Assembly: GCA_036229005.1 (NCBI GenBank)
Contig: JAZAMN010000036.1
Coordinates: 1-64,000, forward strand
Length of the DNA stretch: 64,000 nucleotides
Direction: 5' to 3'
Source of the DNA: Myxococcota bacterium
Lineage (GTDB): Bacteria; Myxococcota_A; UBA796; CAJQPC01
The notes beneath the pieces were generated by a model. That model worked only from the letters and a program-made list of their open reading frames with translations. It made no database searches and was not told the origin of the DNA. The number at the start of each line of letters is the position of its first letter. Position 1 is the first letter of the stretch. The translations under genes and the position numbers were made by a program. Of this stretch, positions 55,812 to 64,000 are shown one piece after another.

Positions 55812-56564
55812 GTGGCTGAGCACGTCATCATCACAGGGGCCTCGACTGGGATCGGTGCCGCGCTGGCGCGTGAGCTGGCCAACCGGGGCTATGCGGTGGG
55901 CCTGATTGCCCGTAGCGAGGACAAGCTCGCTTCCCTGGCGCAAGAGCTTGGGGCGCGGGGGGCCTCGGTCGCCTTCGCGAGCGCCGACGTCCGGGACCGG
56001 GAGGCCGTCTTCCAGGCCGTGGCTCGGCTGGAGGATGCCCTGGGGCCCGTCGACCGCCTGGTGGCCAACGCGGGCATCGGGGGCGCTCTGCGTCCGGAGA
56101 AGGGGTGGGACCACGTAGAGGTGCGTCGCACATTCGAGGTCAACCTCTTTGGGGCTGCGCACGCCGCCGAGGCTGCCTTGGAGGGCATGCGGGAGCGCAA
56201 GCGAGGACAGCTCGTGCTCATCTCCAGCGTGGCCGCCACGCGGGGGCTCCCGGGGACCGGCCCCTACAGCGCCAGCAAGGCCGCTGCGAGCACCCTGTGG
56301 GAGTCCATGCGGCCCTCGCTGCGCAAGATCGGCGTGGACTGCCTGACGGTGCACCCAGGCTTTGTGCGCACGCCGCTCACGGACAAGAACAGCTTCAAGA
56401 TGCCCTTCATCCTGGAGCCGGAGGACGCCGCGCGGCGCATCGTCCGAGCCATGGAGGCCCGCCGACGCTTCTTGACCTTCCCGCTGCCGATGGTGGTGCT
56501 GCAGTGGCTGATGAAGCGCCTGCCCAACTGGCTCTTCGACGCGCTGATGGGCGGGGCTGGCTGA
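55812..56564 (+). CDS. Short-chain dehydrogenase/reductase
   Basis: TGASTGIG, ANAG, YSASK and PGFVRT motifs. Confidence 0.93.
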   Translation: MAEHVIITGASTGIGAALARELANRGYAVGLIARSEDKLASLAQELGARGASVAFASADVRDREAVFQAVARLEDALGPVDRLVANAGIGGALRPEKGWDHVEVRRTFEVNLFGAAHAAEAALEGMRERKRGQLVLISSVAATRGLPGTGPYSASKAAASTLWESMRPSLRKIGVDCLTVHPGFVRTPLTDKNSFKMPFILEPEDAARRIVRAMEARRRFLTFPLPMVVLQWLMKRLPNWLFDALMGGAG

Positions 56565-56565
56565 G

Positions 56566-56640
56566 TCAGGGGCCCAGCATCAGGGGGGCCCAGCATCAGG
56601 GGGGGCCAGCTTCAGTGGGACCAGCGTCAGGGGGACCAGA
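56566..56640. repeat. Degenerate tandem repeat, about 15-nt unit x5
   Basis: TCAG(G)n(C/A)CCAGC units between the SDR stop and the tRNA-Trp terminator. Confidence 0.7.
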
Positions 56641-56643
56641 GTG

Positions 56644-56673
56644 AAAAACCCCGCCCAGGTGGGCGGGGTCTTT
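56644..56673 (-). terminator. Intrinsic terminator after tRNA-Trp (possibly bidirectional)
   Basis: AAAAACCCCGCCC-AGGT-GGGCGGGGTCTTT hairpin with A/T tails. Confidence 0.8.
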
Positions 56674-56674
56674 A

Positions 56675-56750
56675 TGGCAGGGGCACTAGGACTTGAACCC
56701 AGGACCTGCTGATTTGGAATCAGCTGCTCTACCAACTGAGCTATACCCCT
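56675..56750 (-). tRNA. tRNA-Trp (CCA)
   Basis: AGGGGTATAGCTCAGTTGGTAGAGC..GCTGA-TTCCAAA-TCAGC..GGTTCAAGTCC..CCCCTGCCA cloverleaf with encoded CCA. Confidence 0.95.
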
Positions 56751-56811
56751 CCAGCGCCTTCGCTTCTATGGTCGGGCGGGTTCCCCGTCAAGGCTTTGGG
56801 GCGGAAATCGC

Positions 56812-57666
56812 TCACAGACCCGGGAGGGAGATCCACCCAGCCGCCGCCGCACCCGCGAAGGCCGCGATGGCGAACAGGTAGGGCGAGAACCAGGAGAAGT
56901 CTCCGCGCTTGACCAGCTTCACCAGCAGCAGCAGGGCCAGATAGCCGCTCACCATCGAGGACAGGAAGCCGCCGCTCATCACCCCCAGGTCCAGGCTGGA
57001 GAGGTCCGCGTCCTTCGCGGTGAGCACGAATGCCCCGGAGATGGCTGGGATCGCCAGCAGGAAGGAGAAGCGGGCTGCGAGCTCGCGGTCCAATCCAAGG
57101 AACAACGCCACCGCGATCGTGGTGCCCGAGCGGCTGATCCCCGGGGTGATGGCGAGGCCCTGCGCGACGCCGATGACCAGTGCGTGCCACCACTGGAGCT
57201 GTCCCTGGGACACCACGGCCCGGGAGGACAGGCGCTCGCGCAGGCTGGCGAAGGGGCCGCCCCCCGGAGTGGTCAGGCGGGTCGCCAGGAGCAGCAGGCC
57301 CGTGATGCTGAAGGTCACGGCCAGCACGCCCAGGCCCGAGAAGAGCTCCTCGAAGACATCCTTGAACGCCACCCCGATGATGCCCGTGGGCACGGTCGCC
57401 AGCAGGACCATCAGCCCCAGGCGGGTGGAGGGGCGCTCACTGAGGGGCCCCCGCTCGGTGAAGGGTGCCTTGAGCATGCCCAGGATGTCGGCGCGGTAGA
57501 CCCACAAGACAGGCACCAGCGTGCCCACGTGGACCACCAGGTCGAAGAGGACGGTGTCCCCCACGACGGGGAAGATCTTGCCGAAGAGCACCAGGTGTCC
57601 AGAGCTGGACACGGGCAGGAACTCGGTGAGGCCCTGGATGAGGCCGAGCAGTAGAGCGGAGAGCAC
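56812..57666 (-). CDS. uppP: Undecaprenyl-diphosphate phosphatase
   Basis: QGLTEFLPVSSSGHL, PGISRSGTTI and FSFLLAIPA motifs. Confidence 0.96.
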   Translation of the reverse strand: MLSALLLGLIQGLTEFLPVSSSGHLVLFGKIFPVVGDTVLFDLVVHVGTLVPVLWVYRADILGMLKAPFTERGPLSERPSTRLGLMVLLATVPTGIIGVAFKDVFEELFSGLGVLAVTFSITGLLLLATRLTTPGGGPFASLRERLSSRAVVSQGQLQWWHALVIGVAQGLAITPGISRSGTTIAVALFLGLDRELAARFSFLLAIPAISGAFVLTAKDADLSSLDLGVMSGGFLSSMVSGYLALLLLVKLVKRGDFSWFSPYLFAIAAFAGAAAAGWISLPGL

Positions 57667-57701
57667 GCCCGCGTCTAACGCGGCGTGGTCTCAGATGGGG
57701 C

Positions 57702-58016
57702 CTACTCCGCCTTGAAGGTCTTGAGGTAGGCCACCAGGCTGTCCATCTCCTCGTCGCTGAGCTGCGGGAAGGGGGCCATCGGGGTGCCGGGCTTGCCCGC
57801 CTTGATGGAGGTCTTGAGGGCGTCGTCGCTGCGGCCGTCCCAGAATGCGGGCTTGGTGAAGTCCACGGGCTTGGGGGCCAGGGCCATCGCAGCGGGGCCC
57901 TCGCCGTTGCCGGCGTCTCCGTGGCAGGCCATGCAGTTCGCGGTGTAGACCTGCTTGCCGCGGTTCAGGTCCGCGCTCATGGTGGCGGTGGTGAGCATCA
58001 GGGTGAGCAGGGTCAT
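57702..58016 (-). CDS. Class I cytochrome c
   Basis: CMACH heme motif; GKPGTPM distal Met; GGAGG SD before ATG 58016. Confidence 0.9.
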   Translation of the reverse strand: MTLLTLMLTTATMSADLNRGKQVYTANCMACHGDAGNGEGPAAMALAPKPVDFTKPAFWDGRSDDALKTSIKAGKPGTPMAPFPQLSDEEMDSLVAYLKTFKAE

Positions 58017-58091
58017 GGGAACCTCCTGCGTCATTGTACGCGCTCCGGACCCCCTGTCTTCAACCGGCGGGTGCCCACGGCTCCCAGAGGC

Positions 58092-58511
58092 TCAGGGTCC
58101 CGTGGTCTTGGACTGGTCGGGGAGGGGAGTGCCGGGCTTGCGCTCTCCGCGGTCGAGCATCCCCAGGTAGCGGAGGACCAGGTCGGCGTCCTTGACCGGG
58201 TTCTGGAAGCTCTCCCGGAAGGCAGGCATGTCTCCCTTCCCGTTCAGGATGATGTCCACCTGGGCCTGCTGGGTCTCTGGGTCCATCTTCCCGCGCAGGT
58301 CGGGAACGCCCCCGGGCAGCGCAGCGGCTGCAGGGCCCTGGCCGTCGTTGGATTCGCCGTGGCAGGCCTGGCACTGCTCAACCCAGATCCGCATGCCCCG
58401 GACATCGTCCGGCTCCCGCTTCTTGGGGACACCCTTGGCGAAGGCCAAGCTGGCCACCATGGTGGACAGGACCAGGACCGGGAGCACTCGACGGAGGGGG
58501 GGCAGCGTCAT
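58092..58511 (-). CDS. Class I cytochrome c
   Basis: Signal peptide; CQACH; GKGDMPAF. Confidence 0.9.
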   Translation of the reverse strand: MTLPPLRRVLPVLVLSTMVASLAFAKGVPKKREPDDVRGMRIWVEQCQACHGESNDGQGPAAAALPGGVPDLRGKMDPETQQAQVDIILNGKGDMPAFRESFQNPVKDADLVLRYLGMLDRGERKPGTPLPDQSKTTGP

Positions 58512-58676
58512 GGTCTCAATCTAACGTGGCGCCGCACTGGGGGCGGGTTCGGCAAGAGAATCTCGCTTCTCCCTGGGCAATCAAGAGAGTGATCGCATTC
58601 TTTTTGACGCAGGCGATCCCAAGGATTACCTATAGGGGGCCTCAGCGAGAGGCACCGAGAATCTCGGTCTTTGAAA

Positions 58677-58749
58677 GGGCGGGTAGCTCAGTTGGGAGAG
58701 CAGCAGTTTTACACACTGCGGGTCACAGGTTCGAGCCCTGTTCCGCCCA
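58677..58749 (+). tRNA. tRNA-Val (TAC)
   Basis: Cloverleaf with GCAGT-TTTACAC-ACTGC anticodon arm; CCA not encoded. Confidence 0.93.
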
Positions 58750-58779
58750 CTTCTCTCGCTTGAAGACTGCCTGATCTGT

Positions 58780-58856
<77 letters not shown>

Positions 58857-58860
58857 TCCT

Positions 58861-58891
58861 AAGCCGCCTTGCGCAAGCAGGGCGGCTTTTT
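58861..58891 (+). terminator. Intrinsic terminator after tRNA-Asp copy 1
   Basis: AAGCCGCCTTGC-GCAA-GCAGGGCGGCTT hairpin followed by a T run. Confidence 0.8.
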
Positions 58892-58980
58892 GGCGTTTTC
58901 CCATAGGGTAGAGCCCCTTCTTTTATGAAGCGGCGCGTTCTTTGCGGGTGGGCGCTCCACAGCACCCCGCCTGAAATTCT

Positions 58981-59057
<77 letters not shown>

Positions 59058-59060
59058 TCC

Positions 59061-59092
59061 AAAGCCGTCCCTGCCTTGCAGGGGCGGCTTTT
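59061..59092 (+). terminator. Intrinsic terminator after tRNA-Asp copy 2
   Basis: AAAGCCGTCCCTGC-CTT-GCAGGGGCGGCTTT hairpin followed by T. Confidence 0.8.
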
Positions 59093-59249
59093 GGCGTTTC
59101 TGGGGGCAAGTGCCGGAGCGTGGTTGCTGGAGTGCGCCAGGGTGACCTCGGCTGGGGCAGAATGGCCCAGAGCAGAAAACGCGGACCAGAGGCCCGCGCG
59201 GTGGGGGAGGGGGCCCGGAGACCGAGATCCCTCCTCCTCGACCCTGAAC

Positions 59250-59534
59250 TCAGTCGTTCAGGGCGTCCTTGAGGGTCTTGCCGGGCTTGAAGCGCACGCC
59301 CTTGGAGGCGGCGATGTCGATGACCTCCTTGGTCTGGGGGTTGCGGCCCTTGCGGGCTGCGCGCTCCGAGACGTTGAAGGTGCCGAAGCCGACGAGGGTG
59401 ACCTTGTCGCCGTTGACGAGGGCGCTGCGGATGCCGTCCGTCATGGCGCCGAGGGCCAGCTCAGCCTGGGCCTTCTTGATGCCAGCGGCGGCTGCGATCT
59501 GGTTGACGAGGTCGTTCTTGGTGATGGAGGCCAT
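59250..59534 (-). CDS. hup: HU family DNA-binding protein
   Basis: TKNDL, VTLVGFGTF, RKGRNPQT and FKPGKTLK motifs. Confidence 0.95.
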   Translation of the reverse strand: MASITKNDLVNQIAAAAGIKKAQAELALGAMTDGIRSALVNGDKVTLVGFGTFNVSERAARKGRNPQTKEVIDIAASKGVRFKPGKTLKDALND

Positions 59535-59750
59535 GTGTCTGCTCCTGATGGGGTCGTGTCGAAGCGCGCCCCGATTCAGTCGGGGAACCCTGCACAATGC
59601 GGCGCTTTCACGAAACTTCCTACCAACGCACCTCTTTCGATGTCAACGCAAGCATTCTTACAGCCCATGACGGTCTCAACGCGCCATAGAGGCGGATTGA
59701 GGCGGGAGATCGCGTAGATCGCCATCTCCCCTGGGCTGCATATCTGGGCC

Positions 59751-62168
59751 CTACTGGTGGGGAGGGGGCGTAGAACCTTGATTTTGAACGGCTTTTCGGA
59801 GCTCGAAGAGGTCATCGGGGTTGTCGACGGCCAGTGCCGCGACCAGGACCTCGTCCATGTGGTGCACCGGCTGGATGCGTAGATCCTCCAACACGCGCGA
59901 GGGCACATCCTGCAGGTGGGGCTCGTTGTCAGCCGGTATCAACACGGTGCGGATGCCGGCCCGGTGGGCAGCGAGGAGCTTCTCCTTGAGCCCACCGATG
60001 GGGCGCACCTGCCCGCGCAGGGTGATCTCACCGGTCATCGCGATGGTTCGGCGGACCGGGATCCCGGTGACGGCGGAGACCACTGCGGTGGCGATGGTGA
60101 TGCCGGCGGAGGGGCCGTCCACGCCCCAGAGCTCCGGGACGTGCACATGGACATCCAACTGCTGGTAGAAGTCCGGGGCGAGCCCCAGGTTGGCCGAGCG
60201 GCTGCGGATGTAGGTCACCGCGGCCTGTGAGCTCTCCTGGAAGACCTTGCCGAGCTTGCCGGTCAGGGTGGTCTTGCCTGAGCCGGGCACCGCGGCCGCC
60301 TCGATGGGGACCATGACGCCGCCGGCCTCCGTCCAGGCGAGGCCCTGCACGAACCCGACCTCATCTTGATCGCTGACCTTGCCGTAGCGGAAACGCGGCG
60401 GCCCCAGGAGCTTGTCCAGGTTCCGGGAGGTCACCTTGAGCTCGATGTCGCTGCCCTCGCTGACCACCCGGCGGGCGACCTTGCGACAGACGGCGGCCAC
60501 CTCGCGCTCCAGGTTCCGGACACCCGCCTCCTTGGTGTAGCGGCGGATCAGGAAGAGCACGGCCTGCTTGGTGATGAGCAGGTTCTCCGGCGCGATGCCG
60601 TGGTGCTTGAGCTGCTTGGGGAGCAGGTAGCGCTGGGTGATCGAGAGCTTCTCGTCTTCCGTGTAGCCGGGGAGCCGGATGATCTCGAGGCGGTCCTGGA
60701 GGGGCACCGGGATGCCGTGCAGGCTGTTCGCGGTGCAGACGAACATCACCTTGGACAGGTCGTAGTCCATGTCCAGGTAGTGGTCGTTGAAGCTGTCGTT
60801 CTGCTCTGGGTCCAGGACCTCCAGCAGGGCGGAGGACGGATCACCGCGGAAGTCGGACGACATCTTGTCGATCTCGTCCAGCAGGAACACGGGGTTCGAG
60901 GAGCCCGCGCGCTGCAGCGACTGCAGGACCTTGCCGGGGAGGGCGCCGATGTAGGTGCGGCGGTGCCCTCGGATCTCGGCCTCATCGCGCACGCCGCCCA
61001 GGGCCATGCGGACGAACTCGCGGCCGGTGGCTCGGGCGATGGAGCGAGCGAGGGAGGTCTTGCCCACACCCGGTGGCCCAACAAGACACAGGATGGGGCC
61101 CTTCATCCGCTCCACCAGCGTGGAGACGGCGAGGTATTCGAGGATGCGCTCCTTGATCTTGCGGAGACCGTAGTGGTCCTCGTCCAGGACCTGGGCCGCG
61201 AAGCGGATGTCCAGGCGCTCGTCCGTGTAGCGACCCCAGGGGAGGTCGAGCACGGTGTCGATGTAGGTGCGCACGACGTTGGCCTCGGCCGACATCGGGC
61301 TCATCATCTTGAGCTTGCGCAGCTCCCGCAGCAGGCGGTCCTGAACGGGCTCCGGGACGCGCTCGTCCCGGATGCGGGTCTCGAGCTCGACCATCTCGTT
61401 CTTGATCTCGTCCTTGTCGCCCAGCTCCTTCTGGATCGCCTGCATCTGCTCGTTCAGGTAGTACTCCTTCTGGGAGCGCTCCATCTGCTTCTTGACGCGG
61501 CTCTTGATCTTGCGCTCGACCTCGAGGATCTCGATCTCACCCTGCAGGTGGGTGTAGATGGACTCCAGGCGCTTGTTGGGGTCGAACTGCTCCAGCAGCT
61601 CCTGGCGCTGATCCAGCTTGAGCCGGAGGTTGGGCACCAGGGTGTCAGCGAGCTGGCTGGGCTCCTCGATGGAGTTGATGGTCAGGCGCATCTCGGGCGC
61701 CACGGCCTTGTCCAGGCGGCTGTAGGCCTCGAAGGTGGTCCGCACCTGGCGCATCAGGGCGGCGGACTCGCTGGGAGACCCGCTCACCGGGATGCGGTTG
61801 ACCTCGACCTCGAAGTGGCCCTCGGTCTGGGAGTAGCGCAGGATCTGGGCGCGCTCGCGGCCCTCGACCAGCACCTTGATGGTGCCGTCAGGGAGCTTGA
61901 GCATCTGGATGATCTTGGCGATGCAGCCGACCTCCCGGATGTCCGAGACCTCTGGGTCCGCGGTGCGCGCCTCGCGCTGGGTGGCCAGCACCAGGGTCTT
62001 CCCGTGGGCCTTGGAGGCCTGCAGGGTGGCGATCGACTTCTCCCGGCCCACGATGAGGGGGACCACCATGTGCGGGAAGACGACCAGGTCTCGGAGGGGG
62101 AGCAGGGGAAGCCGCTCAGCGGTCCCCTTGCGGTCGGAAAAGAGCATTTGTGCCTCGTGCCCGCTCAC
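59751..62168 (-). CDS. lon: ATP-dependent Lon protease
   Basis: [30 protein letters not shown] (Ser) and IGGLKEK (Lys) motifs; ATG 62147 is an alternative start. Confidence 0.97.
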   Translation of the reverse strand: MSGHEAQMLFSDRKGTAERLPLLPLRDLVVFPHMVVPLIVGREKSIATLQASKAHGKTLVLATQREARTADPEVSDIREVGCIAKIIQMLKLPDGTIKVLVEGRERAQILRYSQTEGHFEVEVNRIPVSGSPSESAALMRQVRTTFEAYSRLDKAVAPEMRLTINSIEEPSQLADTLVPNLRLKLDQRQELLEQFDPNKRLESIYTHLQGEIEILEVERKIKSRVKKQMERSQKEYYLNEQMQAIQKELGDKDEIKNEMVELETRIRDERVPEPVQDRLLRELRKLKMMSPMSAEANVVRTYIDTVLDLPWGRYTDERLDIRFAAQVLDEDHYGLRKIKERILEYLAVSTLVERMKGPILCLVGPPGVGKTSLARSIARATGREFVRMALGGVRDEAEIRGHRRTYIGALPGKVLQSLQRAGSSNPVFLLDEIDKMSSDFRGDPSSALLEVLDPEQNDSFNDHYLDMDYDLSKVMFVCTANSLHGIPVPLQDRLEIIRLPGYTEDEKLSITQRYLLPKQLKHHGIAPENLLITKQAVLFLIRRYTKEAGVRNLEREVAAVCRKVARRVVSEGSDIELKVTSRNLDKLLGPPRFRYGKVSDQDEVGFVQGLAWTEAGGVMVPIEAAAVPGSGKTTLTGKLGKVFQESSQAAVTYIRSRSANLGLAPDFYQQLDVHVHVPELWGVDGPSAGITIATAVVSAVTGIPVRRTIAMTGEITLRGQVRPIGGLKEKLLAAHRAGIRTVLIPADNEPHLQDVPSRVLEDLRIQPVHHMDEVLVAALAVDNPDDLFELRKAVQNQGSTPPPHQ

Positions 62169-62230
62169 AGCTTAGCGGCCGGATGGGGCCTCAGGCGAGC
62201 AAGGCCCAGAAAGCAAGGCCTGAATCAGGA

Positions 62231-63505
62231 TCAGGCTTTGCTTCGGTTGGAGTCCTCGGACCAGTCTCCCTCGGTCTCGTAGACGAGCACCGGGGGCTTC
62301 CGGCCGGCGACAACATCCTCCGAGAGGATGCACTCCTTGATGTTGGCCTTGGAGGGGATGTCGTACATGACATCCAGCATCAGCTCCTCCATGATGCTCC
62401 GCAGTCCGCGCGCGCCGGTCTTGCGCTTGAGCGCTTCGGCAGCGATGGCGCGCAGGGAGTCGTCGGTGAACTTGAGCTGCACGCCCTCCATCTCGAAGAG
62501 CTTCTCGTACTGACGGACCAGGGCGTTCCGGGGACGGGTGAGGATCTCCACGAGGGTGTCCTCGTCCAGCTCGTCCAGGGTGGCCAGCACGGGCACGCGG
62601 CCCAGGAACTCGGGGATCATGCCAAAGCGCAGCAGATCCTCTGTCTCGCAGTGCTGCAGAAGCTGGCCCTTGTTCAGCTCGGTCTTGGCGTTGACCGTGG
62701 CGCCGAAGCCGATCGCGGACTTGTTCACCCGCTCCTCGACCAGCTTGTCCAGGCCCACGAACGCGCCACCACAGATGAACAGGATGTTCGTGGTGTCGAT
62801 CTGCAGGAACTCCTGCTGGGGGTGCTTGCGGCCGCCCTTGGGGGGGACGTTGGCCACGGTGCCTTCCACCAGCTTGAGCAGCGCCTGCTGCACGCCCTCG
62901 CCCGAGACATCCCGCGTGATGCTGGGGTTCTCGGACTTGCGCGAGACCTTGTCGATCTCGTCGATGTAGATGATCCCCTTCATGGTCCGCTCGACGTTGT
63001 ATTCGGCGGCCTGGAAGAGGCTCAGGATGACGTTCTCGACGTCCTCGCCCACGTAGCCGGCCTCGGTCAGGGAGGTCGCGTCCACGATGGTGAAGGGGAC
63101 GTTCAAGAAGCGGGCGAGGGTCTGCGCCAGCAGGGTCTTGCCCGTACCGGTGGGACCCACGAGCAGGATGTTCGACTTCTGCAGCTCCACGTCGTCGTGG
63201 GAGTTGCGGGCATCGATCCGCTTGTAGTGGTTGTGGACGGCCACCGACAGCACCTTCTTGGCCCGCTCCTGGCCAATGATGTACTGATCAAGGTGGGCCT
63301 TGATGTCCTTGGGCTTGGGGACCAGAGCCCGAGACGCGTAGTAGTCCTCGCGCTCGTACTCCTCGGTGATGATCTCGTTGCACAGCTCGACGCACTCGTC
63401 GCAGATGTACACCGAGGGTCCGGCGATGAGCTTCCGCACTTCCTTCTGGGGCTTGCCGCAGAAAGAGCAAGAGAGCTCCTTGGTGTCCTGGCCGCGTCGA
63501 CGCAC
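62231..63505 (-). CDS. clpX: ATP-dependent Clp protease ATP-binding subunit ClpX
   Basis: CSFC..CDEC zinc finger, [19 protein letters not shown] and IGF motifs. Confidence 0.97.
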   Translation of the reverse strand: MRRRGQDTKELSCSFCGKPQKEVRKLIAGPSVYICDECVELCNEIITEEYEREDYYASRALVPKPKDIKAHLDQYIIGQERAKKVLSVAVHNHYKRIDARNSHDDVELQKSNILLVGPTGTGKTLLAQTLARFLNVPFTIVDATSLTEAGYVGEDVENVILSLFQAAEYNVERTMKGIIYIDEIDKVSRKSENPSITRDVSGEGVQQALLKLVEGTVANVPPKGGRKHPQQEFLQIDTTNILFICGGAFVGLDKLVEERVNKSAIGFGATVNAKTELNKGQLLQHCETEDLLRFGMIPEFLGRVPVLATLDELDEDTLVEILTRPRNALVRQYEKLFEMEGVQLKFTDDSLRAIAAEALKRKTGARGLRSIMEELMLDVMYDIPSKANIKECILSEDVVAGRKPPVLVYETEGDWSEDSNRSKA

Positions 63506-63610
63506 CGCTCCTCCGGTCCACTTGGCTTGGGGTGGGGCAGCGCCCCGAAAAGGTCGAGGGCCCCAAGCGCTTGACGGCAGTCACCGTCCCACACTTGAGG
63601 CCCTTTGGAA

Positions 63611-64000
63611 TCAGGGGGTCGCGCCGGTTCCGGGGCGCGCGAGGACCTCGTCCACGAGGCCGTAGTCCATGGCCTCCTGAGCGGTCATGAAGTTGTCCCG
63701 GTCGGTGTCGTTGGTCACGGTCTCGAGATCCTTGCCGGAGGCGTTGGCCAGCTCCTGGTTCAGGATCTTCTTCCACCGCAGGATCTCGCGGGCGGTGATC
63801 TCGATGTCCGAGGCCTGGCCGCCGACGCCGCGCATGTGGGGCTGGTGGATCATGACCCGGGCGTTGGGCAGGATGCGCCGCTTGCCCTTCTCACCGCCGG
63901 ACAGCAGCACCGCGCCCATGGAGGCGGCCATGCCCACGCAGATGGTGGAGACGGGCGCCTTGATGAAGCGCATGGTGTCCAGGATGGCCATGCCATCGCT
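63611..64000 (-). CDS. clpP: ClpP protease (5' end outside the window)
   Basis: GMAASMG (Ser), MIHQP (His) and DTDRD (Asp) motifs; upstream of clpX. Confidence 0.95.
   Translation of the reverse strand, partial: SDGMAILDTMRFIKAPVSTICVGMAASMGAVLLSGGEKGKRRILPNARVMIHQPHMRGVGGQASDIEITAREILRWKKILNQELANASGKDLETVTNDTDRDNFMTAQEAMDYGLVDEVLARPGTGATP

Noticed and set aside
45291..56640. The two short tandem repeats as CRISPR arrays
   Set aside because: Units are 15-18 nt, adjacent, and have no unique spacers; no cas genes in the window

Overview
A very GC-rich bacterial chromosomal window with no phage, IS element or CRISPR array; the gene content suggests a Myxococcota/deltaproteobacteria-like organism (inference). 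Left to right it holds: (1) a minus-strand Tad/Flp pilus cluster (flp, cpaB, cpaC, cpaE, cpaF/tadA, tadB, tadC, a TPR protein and a small lipoprotein) that runs into a histidine kinase, an NtrC-like regulator with a degenerate AAA+ domain and a UPF0104-type membrane protein; (2) RNase D, an FG-GAP lipoprotein, a divergent BtaA-like gene, an HNH nuclease, a GT-C glycosyltransferase, YceI, SCP2, rhodanese and ferredoxin genes, a eukaryote-like aromatic amino acid hydroxylase and a GIDE-domain protein; (3) a tightly coupled recC-recB-recD-sbcD-sbcC-DUF547-SF1 helicase operon, then rsgA and an MFS transporter; (4) a four-gene operon of unknown function (46274-54178) encoding an orphan protein, a Zn-ribbon/Ig-like/Hsp70 fusion, a Zn-ribbon/beta-propeller protein and a membrane-anchored vWA protein, followed by an HDOD-GGDEF cyclase; (5) an SDR, tRNA-Trp, uppP, two cytochromes c, tRNA-Val, two identical tRNA-Asp genes, HU, lon, clpX and partial clpP. 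The Hsp70-vWA-propeller operon is the best candidate for an undescribed system. Other notable signals are a recurring TAnnnT-N6-start (leaderless) arrangement and a basic amphipathic N-terminal motif shared by neighbouring proteins. All calls come from motif recognition by eye; no searches were run.
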